In this document: positions 38,876-51,744 of the stretch, piece after piece
Layout: each line of letters starts with the position of its first letter
Position numbering within the stretch: position 1 is the first letter of the stretch
Origin: Phoronis australis
Taxonomy: Eukaryota > Animalia > Phoronida
NCBI GenBank assembly: GCA_002633005.1
Contig: NMRA01000205.1
Span: forward strand, 545,273 to 609,272
Length of the DNA: 64,000 nucleotides
Direction: 5' to 3'
Position numbers and translations under genes: made by a program
Notes under the pieces: generated by a model
The model's input: the letters and a program-made list of their open reading frames with translations, nothing else
The model's database searches: none
What the model was told of the DNA's origin: nothing

Positions 38876-40081
38876 GTAAGTAGATGGATTTGTGGTGCTG
38901 GCATATTTATGTGGTTCATTTGGTATGTAGAAATTGTAATCTCAGCTGTTCAATTTATTCTGCACGGTGGGCATGTCACTGGAGTGGTGTTTTGAGATTG
39001 AATCTCTGTTTGGGCTTGAATCTATTTGTCGTCTAGTGTCAAAGTGGCCCACATCACATCCAACGGTTTTCAAGGTTCTGTTTCACTTTGTCCAATATAT
39101 GTGTGTAGGTTACCTCTCTTACAACAGCTATATGTTCAGAACCAAGTGTGTGTGTGCCTTGGTATTGCAAACTGATGGGCAAACTAACAGTCTTCTGTTT
39201 GCATCAAAGGGAACCAAATGGCTTAATTCGATAGACATCGCAACATTTGAAATCCAGACCTAACCAATAGCCACATCCTGAAGTACCACATTGCCACTTT
39301 TTTTTCTGCAGTATCTACCCACAATGCTGCGCAGTGGAAGGGCATTTGTCTCACTGTTGTTCACTACTGTCTGCTTTTTAATTTGCACATCAGTAAGCGG
39401 CTGACATAAAAATTACCAAACTGAGGGGACGGGATACTGTGTACTTTATCTTTCTGACACAGTCACCCTTCCACTGAAGTGAGCAAGGACATTACCATTC
39501 TTTTGTTACGGGTGACCACTATTGCCATGTGGCAGACATATACAACAATTCTCCAGCTACCTCAGATGGGGGTACCTGCGGTGAATAGACATGCAGCATT
39601 GTGGCGAAAGATTTAATTGTTTTCTTGACTTTTCGGTTAACCGAAAAAAACCTTGATGAGTGACTAGATAAACCAGGATTGAAAATATTTCTAAGAAATT
39701 GAAGTCTAAGATTGGTAACCATTGCTGTGTAATCTTGAATAAGATTGCTGGTTGGCAACATAAAGCTTTCTATCTTACGTGATATTGTTTCCAAGCAGGA
39801 ATCTAGACTTGTTTTCTTATGGACTGGTGGTTAAGATAAACTTATCCCGTGACGTGTTTGTGTCTTATAGTGTCGAACCTTGAATAAGATAAGCCCAGAA
39901 AAGTTGTCCAAGCTTGAACAATATTGACCAAGCTGGAATGATATTGTTCAAGGTTGACTGATATTGTTCAAGCTTTAGTAATGTTCTGGCTCAAAATGTT
40001 TTGACTGTTTGTCCTCACCTTGTCCGTGGTGTTGTTGCTTCCGCGCTGTTCTGTACAGTCTGTCTGTCTGTCTGTTTGTAG

Positions 40082-40273
40082 GCGCTCTCAACTCGGTCGG
40101 GCTACAGAGTCCCGTCGGGCTCCAGAGCTCAATGGGACTGCCCACCTCGGCGGGAGTGACGGCGGGTCTGCAGGGCTCTACCATGGGGCTCCAGAATCTG
40201 GCCGCACTCAATCAGCTGGCGTCGGTCACTAACGCCAGCTCTCTGCCCACACTCAACGGGATCTCGTCATCAG
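40082..40273 (+). CDS. CELF1/2: CELF linker exon (192 nt): ALNSVGLQSPVGLQSSMG...LQNLAALNQLASV...NGISSS
   Basis: (TCTG)n-TTTGTAG acceptor and CAG/GTAACA donor. GC-rich, open in phase 1. Confidence 0.9.
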
Positions 40274-40957
40274 GTAACACCCTCTGCTTACTGCGTTGTG
40301 CCAAATCTTTATTTGTTCTGTTTGTTTGATTACATCAGGCTTTAGGAGAAACAAGTCAGTGATGCAAATGTACTTCAGTGTTTATTTTCGAAAACATACA
40401 ACCCCAGTTATCGTACTCCATTGTTTATTTTCGAAAACGTACAACCTCAGTTATCGGTTGAGGAATGTGGGCAAATTATTTTTCACAAACATCTGAGGAA
40501 ATTTAGAGCAGAATCTTTCTAATCCTACTCGTGAATCTTTTCCACTGACAAAATATCTGTGGCCATGTGTCTCCTTAGCTCTTATTGAACCAATTTGTCC
40601 TAAAAGGTGTGTCTGTGTGTTGGCTTGTGTGAGTTTGCTTTCTGGTGCTAACACGTTTTGAGCAGAACTGTTTTATGTTTTATTGACAATTTTCTGTTGG
40701 ATATAAGAGATGATGCGTACTTATTAAACATTGCTTAATGTGTAAAACGACTGTGATTAAGTGGGATCCTGTTTGCTAAACAATAGTTACCGACAATCAC
40801 GTGTGCGACTCTTATAAGCATGTTCATCCCTGTCTTGTGAACACCACGTGTTGCCCCCTCCTTCCCAGTTGACGTACTCGACGTCGTTTTTTACCCAAAA
40901 TGCACTGTACTGACTCTGGATAGTTGTCTAGCTTGTTTATGTTATTATTTCCCGCAG

Positions 40958-40981
40958 CAATCTTGGGAGGCAGTGGGTTTG
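40958..40981 (+). CDS. CELF1/2: Candidate 24-nt microexon: (A)ILGGSGF
   Basis: TTATTTCCCGCAG acceptor and TTG/GTAAGC donor. Frame-preserving phase 1-1, no stop. Confidence 0.7.
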
Positions 40982-41300
40982 GTAAGCGTTAACATTCTCT
41001 GTTGTCTACCGTTTTGTGTGGTGAAGGGAACAAATGCATTGTAGCTCATGATTATACTTGTAAAAGCTGCATCGCTCGTTTGTTAAAAATTCATGCAATT
41101 TTATCACCTCATATTCAACTCTGTTACCTGAATGAAAAATTGTGTAATGCTCACAAATTCTAATTGAAAGTTGACAGAAATGTTTTAATTATCCTTGTCC
41201 AATTTGGCTTCTGTGGCAAATTTGAATGGTTACTTCTTAAAATTGGTGTCGGTAAGCATTGTCAGGTGGCAGCACAATATGACAGACGTTTTTATTCCAG

Positions 41301-41357
41301 CAGCCGCGACACATGGTTTGGGTGCTACCACTCCAATTTCTCCAACGTACATACAAG
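41301..41357 (+). CDS. CELF1/2: Candidate linker exon (57 nt): (A)AATHGLGATTPISPTYIQ
   Basis: TTTTTATTCCAG(CAG) tandem acceptor and AAG/GTACTT donor. Phase 1-1. Confidence 0.65.
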
Positions 41358-42149
41358 GTACTTTGTCCCATGGATTAATCTCTTCACTAAAACTCTACTG
41401 CTATCTCATGCGTAGATCTCCACACAATGCTAGTTGTCAGTCTCGTAGTTTTAGTACCCAGTTTCACACTGTAATCCCAGCATGCTTCTTGTGGTAGACA
41501 TAGCGCATTTCTCTGGCCATCTTTCAACAGTTGTACAACTTATTGCACAGAACTAATTCTGAACTATCGTAGTTGTCAACTCGGCACACTCGAAGTGAGT
41601 ACGAATTCTGCATTTCATTGTAATTGTCATCATTTGTTTATTGAAGTGATAGCGGCTGCTATATTTCCTGACCTAATGTGGGCACAACTTCCGAGGAACT
41701 TGAATAATCTTAATGTGCGTGCATTAGGTCCATCCAAAATGACAAAGTTCAAATTGGAGTAAATCACATCAATGTTGTGAATTTTTACATTGAAGCAAAC
41801 AGTGAACTTCATTTCATGGTTTTATCATGTGTTTTGAAACGCTATTTTGTCATTTTAAAAAACGAAAACAAAGATTTCCATCTCAAAACGGGAACCAAAA
41901 GAATGGTTTTTAAAGATAGCGCTAAATCACGAGGCTTTAATGCTGATATGTAAAATTTTGAAATTTTAGAAAACGTCGCATTATTGCTTATGCTTAACGT
42001 ATTGATTATTAAAATGGGACCAGATCCTTAGTACATTAATTTTTTCATTTCACTGCATAAAAGTTGTATGATCCCTCTTTGGGTACTTTGTGTTTCCGTG
42101 TAAACACATTGCATTCATTGTACGCCTATATCCTTGTTACTGCCTTCAG

Positions 42150-42233
42150 ATGCACTTGCCAACGTTAAGATGGCATTTGCATATTCCGAATTGATTGGGA
42201 GGCAAACACGTCCCATCGCCACACTGGAAACAG
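42150..42233 (+). CDS. CELF1/2: Candidate cassette exon (84 nt): (D)ALANVKMAFAYSELIGRQTRPIATLET
   Basis: TCCTTGTTACTGCCTTCAG acceptor and weak CAG/GTGTCT donor. Open and phase 1-1, but composition is unlike the neighbouring exons. Confidence 0.45.
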
Positions 42234-42954
42234 GTGTCTTTTTGACTGCAGTGTTGCTAGACAACAAACAACCTGTGAACTATGGTAAAATCTCGCCAAT
42301 TTCATGCAAAAACAATTGCCCAACTCATCTGTTTTAAGTCGTTATAAACTCGTTGTGCATGCCTACTCAATGGTGGTTGCAATTATGAATTTTCAATTAA
42401 TATTAAATTTTGGTAATATGGATGTCCTATGGAAAAGGGAGAGCCTAAGACTTTCACTTGACTTCTGTCCTAAAGTGGTGAGATTTTACTAAAGCTTTCA
42501 TTGTCTTTTACCATTTCTGGTGTAGTCTGGTAACTAGCCTGGAGAATCGTGACCATGGTGCACGACCGCTTGAAGGTCATGACCTTGGGATTCATGAGCA
42601 ACTCCTCCTGTAATTGTATGTGAGGTGATGGTTGACTTGGCTGTTTTTGATGCTTTTTGTCAATTTTGGTGTAATAGTTTTGGCATGTCATTCAAATGTG
42701 ACTTCTTGTCAAAGTGTTTTGTATAGTTGGAAGTAATTGAGTCACTCTTAACAATTGTGTGTGACAATATGTCACACAGCATGCAACTAGGGTGTTACGC
42801 AATTCGTGCAATGTGAAGCAGATGTGAACTTTAAGATGTTCATTGCATGCTGTCCTTGTATAAGACAATGCACTGCCTAAACACAATTCACAGGGAACTT
42901 GTGATCACTTAATTCTTTCAAAGTAAAATTGCTCCGTTTTACTTGCAATCTGTA

Positions 42955-43150
42955 AGATGAATCAGATATGTAAAATAACCTTTTTTCATGTGCAATGTGA
43001 AATACACCGTAACGTTACCTTGTTTCACATGTAATGTGTAATACTGTGTAACATTTATCTTTTTTGCATGTAATGTGAAATGCACCGTAACATTACCTTG
43101 TTTCACATGTAATGTGAAATGCTGTCAAAAGTAAACTTTGTTTCACATGG
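42955..43150. repeat. ~39-bp minisatellite, about 5 degenerate copies
   Basis: Consensus approximately TGTAATGTGAAATACACCGTAACATTACCTTGTTTCACA. Confidence 0.8.
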
Positions 43151-43564
43151 CGTGTGTAGTGTATTTTATGTACTGTCAAATTCCGCATATAACCACTTCA
43201 TTTCATGTTATGTGAATCATGCATTTCATATCATGAGGATCAGGTAATACAGCAGTTTTTAATATCACATGTAAGGTCACTTATTTGTGCAATGTTACCT
43301 ACTGTGTGATGGACAGATGAAAACACGCAAAACACTTTCACATCACTTGTACAGTAGTCGTTGGAGGATTCTGTGTTTATCCTTGTCATGGCATATTTAA
43401 CACATTACATCACATTTAATTCATGGCCAGTAATTTTGTGTAATGTGAAACAGCGTGACATTTATGTGATGTGAAACTAGACTGTATCCTGACCCACTAG
43501 CATTGTCTTCTGCATGTGTGTGTTGGTTGGGCGTACACCATAAGTTCACTGTTTCACTGTACAG

Positions 43565-43774
43565 GTACCATGGTCAGTAGTAGCTCTCCCCTCACCTCCA
43601 TGACGGCGCTCAACAGTCTGGCCAGTGGCACCATACCCAGCATGACTGCTGTCACACCCAACATGGCCGCCGCTACCAACTTGTCAGCGATAAACGGCGC
43701 CACCAGTCTCACCACCAACCCGACCAGCATGGATACGCTGAACCAGGCCTTCTCTGGTATTCAGCAGTATGCAG
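43565..43774 (+). CDS. CELF1/2: CELF linker exon (210 nt): (G)TMVSSSSPLT...MDTLNQAFSGIQQYA
   Basis: TGTACAG acceptor and CAG/GTACAA donor. Ends in the conserved MD.L.QA(Y/F)SGIQQYA motif. Confidence 0.93.
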
Positions 43775-46400
43775 GTACAAATTGTGGGAACCAGGGGTTA
43801 GGGGGTAACAATTAGGGGAAAGGTACTAGGAGCTATTGAGTGGGTTAGGATTTGGGGATGTACATTGGCATGAACTCACTGAACCGGGCTGTCTCTAGAA
43901 TTCAGCTGTACGATATCAAAAACCAGTCACTGGGGCATAGAGGATAGGGATGAGGTAATTGAGATACAATATAGGGTGTGGGTGGGGTAGTATCTGTTAA
44001 AATAATCAAATTGATCTGGATGTCCCTTGATCGTCACCAGTACTTTTGATTGACTCGAGGAACCAGTTACCACGTGGGCTGCGTCTTGGGGACTAGGGGT
44101 AGGCACTCATGGGAAGGCATTAGGTAGTAGGGGTTTTACTGTTCTCTGGCAGTTGTAGGTGCCTTGACATATCGTCAACACTGGGACCCATCTACACGGG
44201 AACTGATGTTATCGGGGCTTGATTACGTAACGAAATTGGCGTCTGTGAAATGGGCATCCGACTCGCTTATCATGGCTTAGAGTTTATGTTTGATTGGTTC
44301 TGTTGGGCATCGATTCCATTACGTGTTAGTGATTAACAGGCTAGGGCATTGATGGATTGATAAAACTGTATTATCAAAGGGTTTAGAGGGTGCGGGGGGC
44401 GGGCTGCAATAGTAACATAATTGATCACTTTATCTGGTTGCCTTCCAAACCCATGTCATAAGGATCCTTTCTTTGTGGGTTGACAGTGAGCAGTGGTTGG
44501 GGCTGCTGTATGCGACCGTTCCCCTAGTTACAAGCAATGTCTGTGGCCGTTGACCGTATTTTGTTGGTTAACTCTGTATTCTGATATAACGTTGTAACTC
44601 TGTCCTGTATACACCCATCTGCGACGTGGTTCCATCGGGCCGCCGTGTTCCCACTAGCTGTCCCCCTCGACGGGGTGTTGTCAGTGTCGAAGATGTTTGT
44701 GACCTCCGTGTTCCTGTTGCTCACCCTTTTCTGTCCTGCATGCTCTGACACCTGGCCAATAGCATTATGGGAGTTTTTGTAAAATGCCCGTCGACAAAAG
44801 GGACATGCCACTCGTAACAGTGCAACAATTTTCTCAGTTCTTCTACGGACAATGTGGACCGAAGACGGTTCACTGTCTCGTACACCCTCTCTAAATTTGA
44901 CCGTGTCGAATTTCAGCCATCATAATGGTACAATGTTTCAGTTATTATTGCTACGTCTTCAAAAGGTCGACTTTCTTGATGTCGGCTCATATTTCATCAA
45001 ATAAAGTTTTAGCACTTAATTGTAATCCCATATGTTTTCTGAATTTTGTCATCACATGCTCACATTTTTTGCTTTGAACATGGATTTCTAAAAATCTAAA
45101 CTGTGAAACTTCAAACCATGCTATATATTTTTCAGTATATATACTGGGAAGCGTGTCTCAAGATTTTTGATTCACTCCCGCACAACTGAGATATCAGTTA
45201 CCAAAGTCTTATTTAAGTATCATGTCCCAGTTCTCGATTTTTGATGTTGGGTATCTCGTCTGCTCCACATTAATCAAAAATCCGAGATTTGTTTTCCTTG
45301 GTTACAGACCGTAAAAAGCGTGCAAAATTTTGTATGAATTAAACCATACATTTGTTCAAAACTGATGAAAACGCTGAAAATTGCTGTTAAAGACTTGCCA
45401 CATAATTGAAATGTTCCAAAACAGTTTGCTTTTTTGCCATCTCAATAATGCATTTCAAGATAGTATATCATTAAAAAATAAAGATGTTAGTATTTTAATA
45501 TTGCAGCTTTTGATACAAAATTTTCTATTACAAATACAAAGGTTGCCAATACTTCAAAAAGGTCCCATTGAACATTTCTGGAAAAATTTCATTGACAAAA
45601 TGATCTCTTAAAAACGATTGTTTCAAAAAGGTAGAATTTTGCACGTTTTGCCAATTTTTACCTCAAGTTACCAAGATGACCACACATTTTAGCCGACTAA
45701 ATGAATTTGCATTGAATTCTTAGTAAACTATCAATTTGTTAATTGAAACTTAAGAAGTGTAGGTGTCGATGGTCTGTTCGACTGTATCAGCTTTTCTGAC
45801 GTCTGAATGGAGTATTTGAATGGAAAAATCAGTTTTCAGAAGCTCAAAATCATGTAACTGTGTTGAGGGTTGGATTCTGCTCTTGGAAAGGTGATTTTAG
45901 TGCTCCGAAAATAGTTCACTGGTTCTGTTACTTGATTTTGTGATCGCGAAAGCTGATTTCTCTGCTCGTATAAATGGGCGATTTGAAAAGTTGACGAATG
46001 TAGACTGACACCTACCCTTGGTATGGGCACAGACTGCTATTTGTCTCCACGAGCTAGTAAGAACACGGTTCCATCTCAGCCTGGAAGGTGACAAAAATGG
46101 CTTCTCGGAAACAAAAAGTCTTAGAAAATTTCATAAGAAACTACTCTCATTTCATGAGCCATACTGTGCGTTCAATTCCGCAGTGAATACTCGGAAACAT
46201 TCACTGGCTAAAATCAACGAACCGTTTTGCGGAAAAAAGGTACAGGAAAGGAACATATCTTGTGAAATAATGACGGGGCGTTGTGAAAGGGGTGTGAAAG
46301 GGTCAGTGTGGGACAACTAGCATGAGCTGTGCCCCACAGTCATTTAGGAGTTATTGCCCATGTGCGTGGTCAATGTTGACAGGTACATCCTTTACTTCAG

Positions 46401-46487
46401 CCTCATTTCCCGGTGCTTTTGCCAACCAAGCAACGCTACAGTTACAGGCTACAGCCTTGGCCAGTCCGGCTGGAAAGCAGACTGAAG
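46401..46487 (+). CDS. CELF1/2: CELF exon preceding RRM3: (A)SFPGAFANQATLQLQATALASPAGKQTE
   Basis: CCTTTACTTCAG acceptor and AAG/GTGATC donor. AGKQ.EG motif. A possible in-frame upstream acceptor would start the exon at 46383. Confidence 0.92.
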
Positions 46488-47115
46488 GTGATCTTTCTCT
46501 TGTTGTCATTCAGTCACGCTCGTAGCACTGTGTTAAAAATCTCATAGGTAGCTCAGGAGTCTGACTTAATATTTATGTAAACCATTAATGGTGATATCTG
46601 GACGTACTGTGTGGAGCCGCGCGACTTTTTCCCTCTGAATCATGGTCTTCCCGGAAACGTCCGTAGCTTCTAAAGATGTGGCATGGAGCATCGTGTATAA
46701 AATTTGCAAATTCTTTTTCTGTTTTCTATCCGCTACAAATGATTGTCTAGCCTTTTTGTTGAGGTCATTTAGTTTGAGAATTTGACTCAAAATGAGTTTT
46801 GACTGCTAAAGTTCTCAACTCAATGACCTTACTCCTGAACACTTATGCAGCTTATTGAGGAAACAGTTTTACTCGCCAATTTCTGTGCAAAAATTTTGTT
46901 TGTGTACCGAATTCCACAAAATGCTGGCGGTGGTAAGCGCAATCAGTTTTCATGTGGTCACTTAAAATTACGTTATTCCTACCTGAATGAATATACATCA
47001 ACTTCCGTGTATCTGCTTGTACTAATTGGAATATTATGTATTGTTATCATAAGTATTACTTATCTAGTATTAATATTTTCATTATTATTATTCAACAACT
47101 GATTTTGTTTTTCAG

Positions 47116-47259
47116 GACCTGATGGAGCCAACCTTTTTATCTACCATTTACCTGCAGACTTCACAGATCAAGATCTCCTTAGTTCGTTTTTAGCTTATGG
47201 AAACATCGTTTCAGCCAAAGTTTTTATCGACAAACAGACCAATCTCAGCAAATGTTTCG
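47116..47259 (+). CDS. CELF1/2: CELF1/2-like exon, RRM3 first half: (G)[47 protein letters not shown]
   Basis: TTTTTCAG acceptor and GTGAGT donor. [10 protein letters not shown] and [14 protein letters not shown] are CELF1/2 signatures. Not in the ORF track; translated by hand. Confidence 0.97.
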
Positions 47260-47928
47260 GTGAGTTTACAGCTGTGCTGAAGTATAACGTGTTTGTCCTC
47301 TAAAATGATTTGCGTTTTTGCAATATCTTTTTCAAAATTTATAGAATCCTGTTCAGTATAAGTTAGAACATCTGTTTCATGACAATTGAACAAACGCAAA
47401 GTCTGACCTCGACTCCATTTAAAGAATAAGATTGAATTTTGCAAGGAAATCTTTTACTTCATAGCTAGTGATTTTTCTATAGGTTGACTATTACAGAGAA
47501 ATAACTTGATTCACTTGAAATAAAAAGGTGTTGTGTGCCTATATGTTCTCACTGATATTGCCTTAATTTTTTATATAATTTTTATTTGACCTTTTTTGTC
47601 GTCCGTAATTACTTGAAAATTTTGATCTCCTCTTAAATGCCTGTTATGTGTTCCTTTGAGCTTGCACACAATCATTGGCTACACATGATTCAGTATGCAA
47701 ATTGGCACAACCTGTTACGGTATCGGATTGGCTGGTAAATCAGCAGTCATCGTAGAGAACCAGTCAGATGTCTAAACAGGCTTAGCTGGTGGACTGAATC
47801 AAGTGCAATCATCGACAGTGATGCTTAAAGAAAGCGGATTTTTTTCTGGAAAACCGATAAATGAGAACACCAATTGAGAGAGAACTGCTGGACGCAACCG
47901 TCCTTATCACTTTGTGTCTACTTCACAG

Positions 47929-48074
47929 GCTTTGTGAGTTATGACAATCCTAAGTCAGCACAGATGGCCATCGCCGCCATGAATGGCTTCCAGATCGGTG
48001 TCAAGCGGCTGAAGGTGCAGCTGAAGCGACAGCGCAGCGACAACAAGCCGTATTCGACCAATCGGGTCACGTAA
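47929..48074 (+). CDS. CELF1/2: CELF1/2-like last coding exon: (G)[47 protein letters not shown]
   Basis: CTTCACAG acceptor, RRM3 C-terminal half, TAA at 48072-48074. Confidence 0.97.
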
Positions 48075-51000
48075 GGTGAGCTAGCCCAGCGCCACGGGCC
48101 GCCCTCCGCTGAGTGTCGCGCTCGCTAACTATCAATCTCGCGGACGGTGTGAAAATGAGAGACTGGGTTTACTAGTCTAGGGACGGTTTATGAATTTCAC
48201 AAAGGTGCTAAATTACTTCGTCGAGACGTCGGCCCCTACCGGGTTCAAGTGTTGCAGGGATGAAAGGACAGAAACGTTTCGGTGTGATGAACACACAATA
48301 TGTCACCTTTATTATTAAGATTTCTCTAGTTACCTGTCCTGCATGGACAGGTGTGGCGTATGCTTCGCCCAAATTCATCGGCTGCCAGCACTTGAGCTTA
48401 CTATGGTAGGATGTTTCGACATGAAAGTGACATTGTCAAAAACGCGAGTAGAATCTCTAGTCTTGTTTTGTGTAAACAATTTTTGATATATTTTTATTCT
48501 CTTGAAACCTTAGTTATTATTTTTATAAAAAATTTTAAAAGGAAACTGTTGAACGTTGCCCCTCATAGCTTCTGTTTTTTACGTCAAATTTTGTGATGTG
48601 GAACGTTCTTTTGCTTTCCTTCCACGACCAGGTCTGTTCCTATGTTCTTATTTTCTCTCACTGTCCCGGCTCAGTATCAGTTTGTCACGTCCGACCGCTG
48701 GCGACTCCTATGGTGTGCTTTGTTGTGTTTCTTGTTTTATAGGTTGTGACTTTCCGTGCACTGCTTGTGCCATTGTTACTTAGTTTTGTGTGTCAGCCAT
48801 CTTTAGTTGGCGAGTTGCACTCATGTGCATCGTTTTACTTTATTGTTATTTTCAGTTGGTTTTGTTTTTTATTTTTTATTATTTCATCGATTTTACATTC
48901 TTTTTGATACGTTTGTGCTGTAAAAGCATAAACGCATAGAAATGTTCACAATGTGACCCCCCTCTCATCACAGTTGCACTCCGTAGACCGCAAGACATCA
49001 GCATGCACTTGTCAAAAATCCTTTACGTAAGGAATGTGAACTGTGAGTTCAATCCCACAATGCAACACTCCAACCTCATCGACCAATCACTTCAGTGGCA
49101 GCCATTTTGCTAGGCAAACTAGTAAGCTCCAAACCTTATTTTGAAACACTCTATTTTCACGCACGTGAATTTGCAATCTTGTGAGATCTTTTTTTTGCTA
49201 GAAATTTGATCTACAGATGACTTTCCGGCTGTTACATCTACTGCTGCATTATGTTGATGAGCATCTTGAGATCTCTCTTGCTATTTGTTAATGGAACTTG
49301 TGCCTGTGTTCCATTGTTACCATAACTCTTCAGTTGTCTCGCACACAACTTTTCCAAAATACTCTATTTTTTATTTTGATGTTCAGCTATGAAATTTCAG
49401 TGGTGTATTTAGTGTTGGTACAAACTATGTAATTTGAATTATCTTAGTTTAAAAAAATGAAATTTCCTTAATGTTTGTTTTTGTTGAGAAATTTGATGAA
49501 ACTTGACACCCACTGTGTGCTAAGTAAATGGAGTATTGACTCTGTTTGTGAAGTATGATGGAAAGTCTTCAGTTTGGAACACTTCATAGTGAGCAAGCAG
49601 ATGGGAAGTGTTGTATTTCTCAACATATTGTTATCATTAAGAAAAATACGCTGTTAGCTTGGTTTGTACTATACAAGGGTGTCTAAACAATATTTGTAAT
49701 ATTAAGCTTTTGCAATGATGTACCAAGTCTGAAAATCGCTCTTTTCACAATTAATATTTTGTCCTAAATTGAAGACATTTTATTGTACTGAGGATCTCAC
49801 CACTGTAACACTACCAAGAATGGTTTCATTTGTTTCTATGCTGAGGCTTCATTTCGCATGTGTTACATCATTCTGCCTGGTCTTGTTAAATTACTAAGGG
49901 AGCTTTTTACCTGCATAATTTTCAACTGAGTTCTGTTTGTCGCTGTTTGGGTCGATACGACTCTGTCTCGCAACGAATCATACCCTCTGCCTTCCGCATT
50001 TTAGTGAAGATGTTGCGAATATGTACCTCTTTGGTTTAGATTATATTAAACGCTTGCCTAAGGGTAGTTGGTAGATTTGTTCATTTTTACTGGGCTTTCT
50101 GTCTCTCACACTAACACTCCATGGTATGAACGCACTCTTCGACATTTCTCTTTCTGCCTAATGCGATTTTACAATGCAAACATGTTTTGTTTGTCAACAG
50201 AAATTTCACCGTAAAGTGTAAAATGATCAACAAATAGTCTTTTGTTTCTTGTAATATGAGACGTGGGTGAGAACTGGTGAATGCTACAAGACTTTACTGC
50301 TAATAAGTTTCATTAAGAGCTGATGGAATTGACACCGTTTTATGAGTTCTCACCTGAGTCTGAAACCTCTTAATTTCACCAGAGACCCAATCTCACCCAT
50401 GAATGCAACTGTTGTGGCTGACAAATGAGGAAATTTATTTATTTCAAGTAGCACTAAAGAAATATTTTTTTCATTTGCTGTTCTACGCCACAAGTACGAC
50501 CAAACAATGGGTTAGGAAACTGTGGACCTTGTAAAAATGAAAAGGTAAATTTTGGCTATAATTGTTTTTGTTCGAAATTGGTGAAGCTTTACTGTGGCCA
50601 ATTTTCGGTGTTGAAAGCTTGCTGGTCTCTGGTTCCATTCATGTTGAAGATTTGTTGCGTTCATATACATACCATGTGTGTTGGGGTGAGTACCAGCCTG
50701 CTGTAACCCTTATGTCTCTTCTCTTCCTAGAGTCACGTGCCGTGTCTGACTGTCTGCGTCGTGCCGTCTCTCTCTCAATGTCTACATGTTCAAGCGTGAT
50801 GTCACTGTGACCATCCTGTTCATAATCTGACCACCGTTTACCACTGGCTTAATCGTCGACTTTGGATTGTCCTCGCGCGATTCCCCTTGGCGATCCTTGC
50901 GTCGTATTTTAACAATGTTATTAAAAATAACGAATGCTGTGGTTATTGTTATTGTTTTTCTTTTTTCGTCATCTTTAATGTTGTTGTTGACGCGTCGTGC

Positions 51001-51744
51001 TTCATAGATGAGTGCGTTGTAATTTCTGACAACTTTTAAGTGTCGTCAAATCGTCAGTTTTGTGAAGACTTCTGTAGTAGTCTGTCTTAAAGATAATGTG
51101 GGATATATTAGTTTTTGTTTTGTATGTTGACTCTCGGCAAGTGAGCCAGCAGTCAAATGTACACTGCACTGTTTCCGTAGCTTTAGATGTATTCATTGTA
51201 TAATGCCGTGAGACATTCGTTTATAAATTATCTTCGACACAGTGTACATAAATCCCGAGACTCTAAGACTTATTATATTTTCTTTTGATACCAAAGTATT
51301 TTGGAGACGCACTGTATCTAGTCACGTGACCCAGTTGGGGGAACATATCATTGATGTATTTTATCTGTAACCGTTCTCGCCACGATATATTTGTGGTTAT
51401 TTGTGATAACGTTGAAGATCTGATTGGCATTTTTTGCGTGAAGGGTAGGCATGGACTATTGCTTCAGCTTTGCAAGGCTAGCTGTCTAGACGTTTTTGCC
51501 TGTTTATGAACAAGAAAATTTAAATTGTTGTCACTTCTTGAAATTTTCACAGAAAGGGTTATATGTACTTGAAAAGTAATAATTATAAGAAAAGATTTTA
51601 ATTCATTGTCAAACGTGTTGCCTCGGCCGTTGATGTGTGCTACTTGTAACTGAAAAAACAGTGTTGTGTATTGTTTCCTTAGTCAGCTTGGTTATGTTGT
51701 TTGTGGCAAGAAAGTACGCACGTGACTGACATCTAACTCAAGTC

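Noticed and set aside
44900-46310. Possible DNA transposon remnant in the intron before exon 46401
   Set aside because: Composition looks repeat-like but I could not identify TIRs or a TSD.
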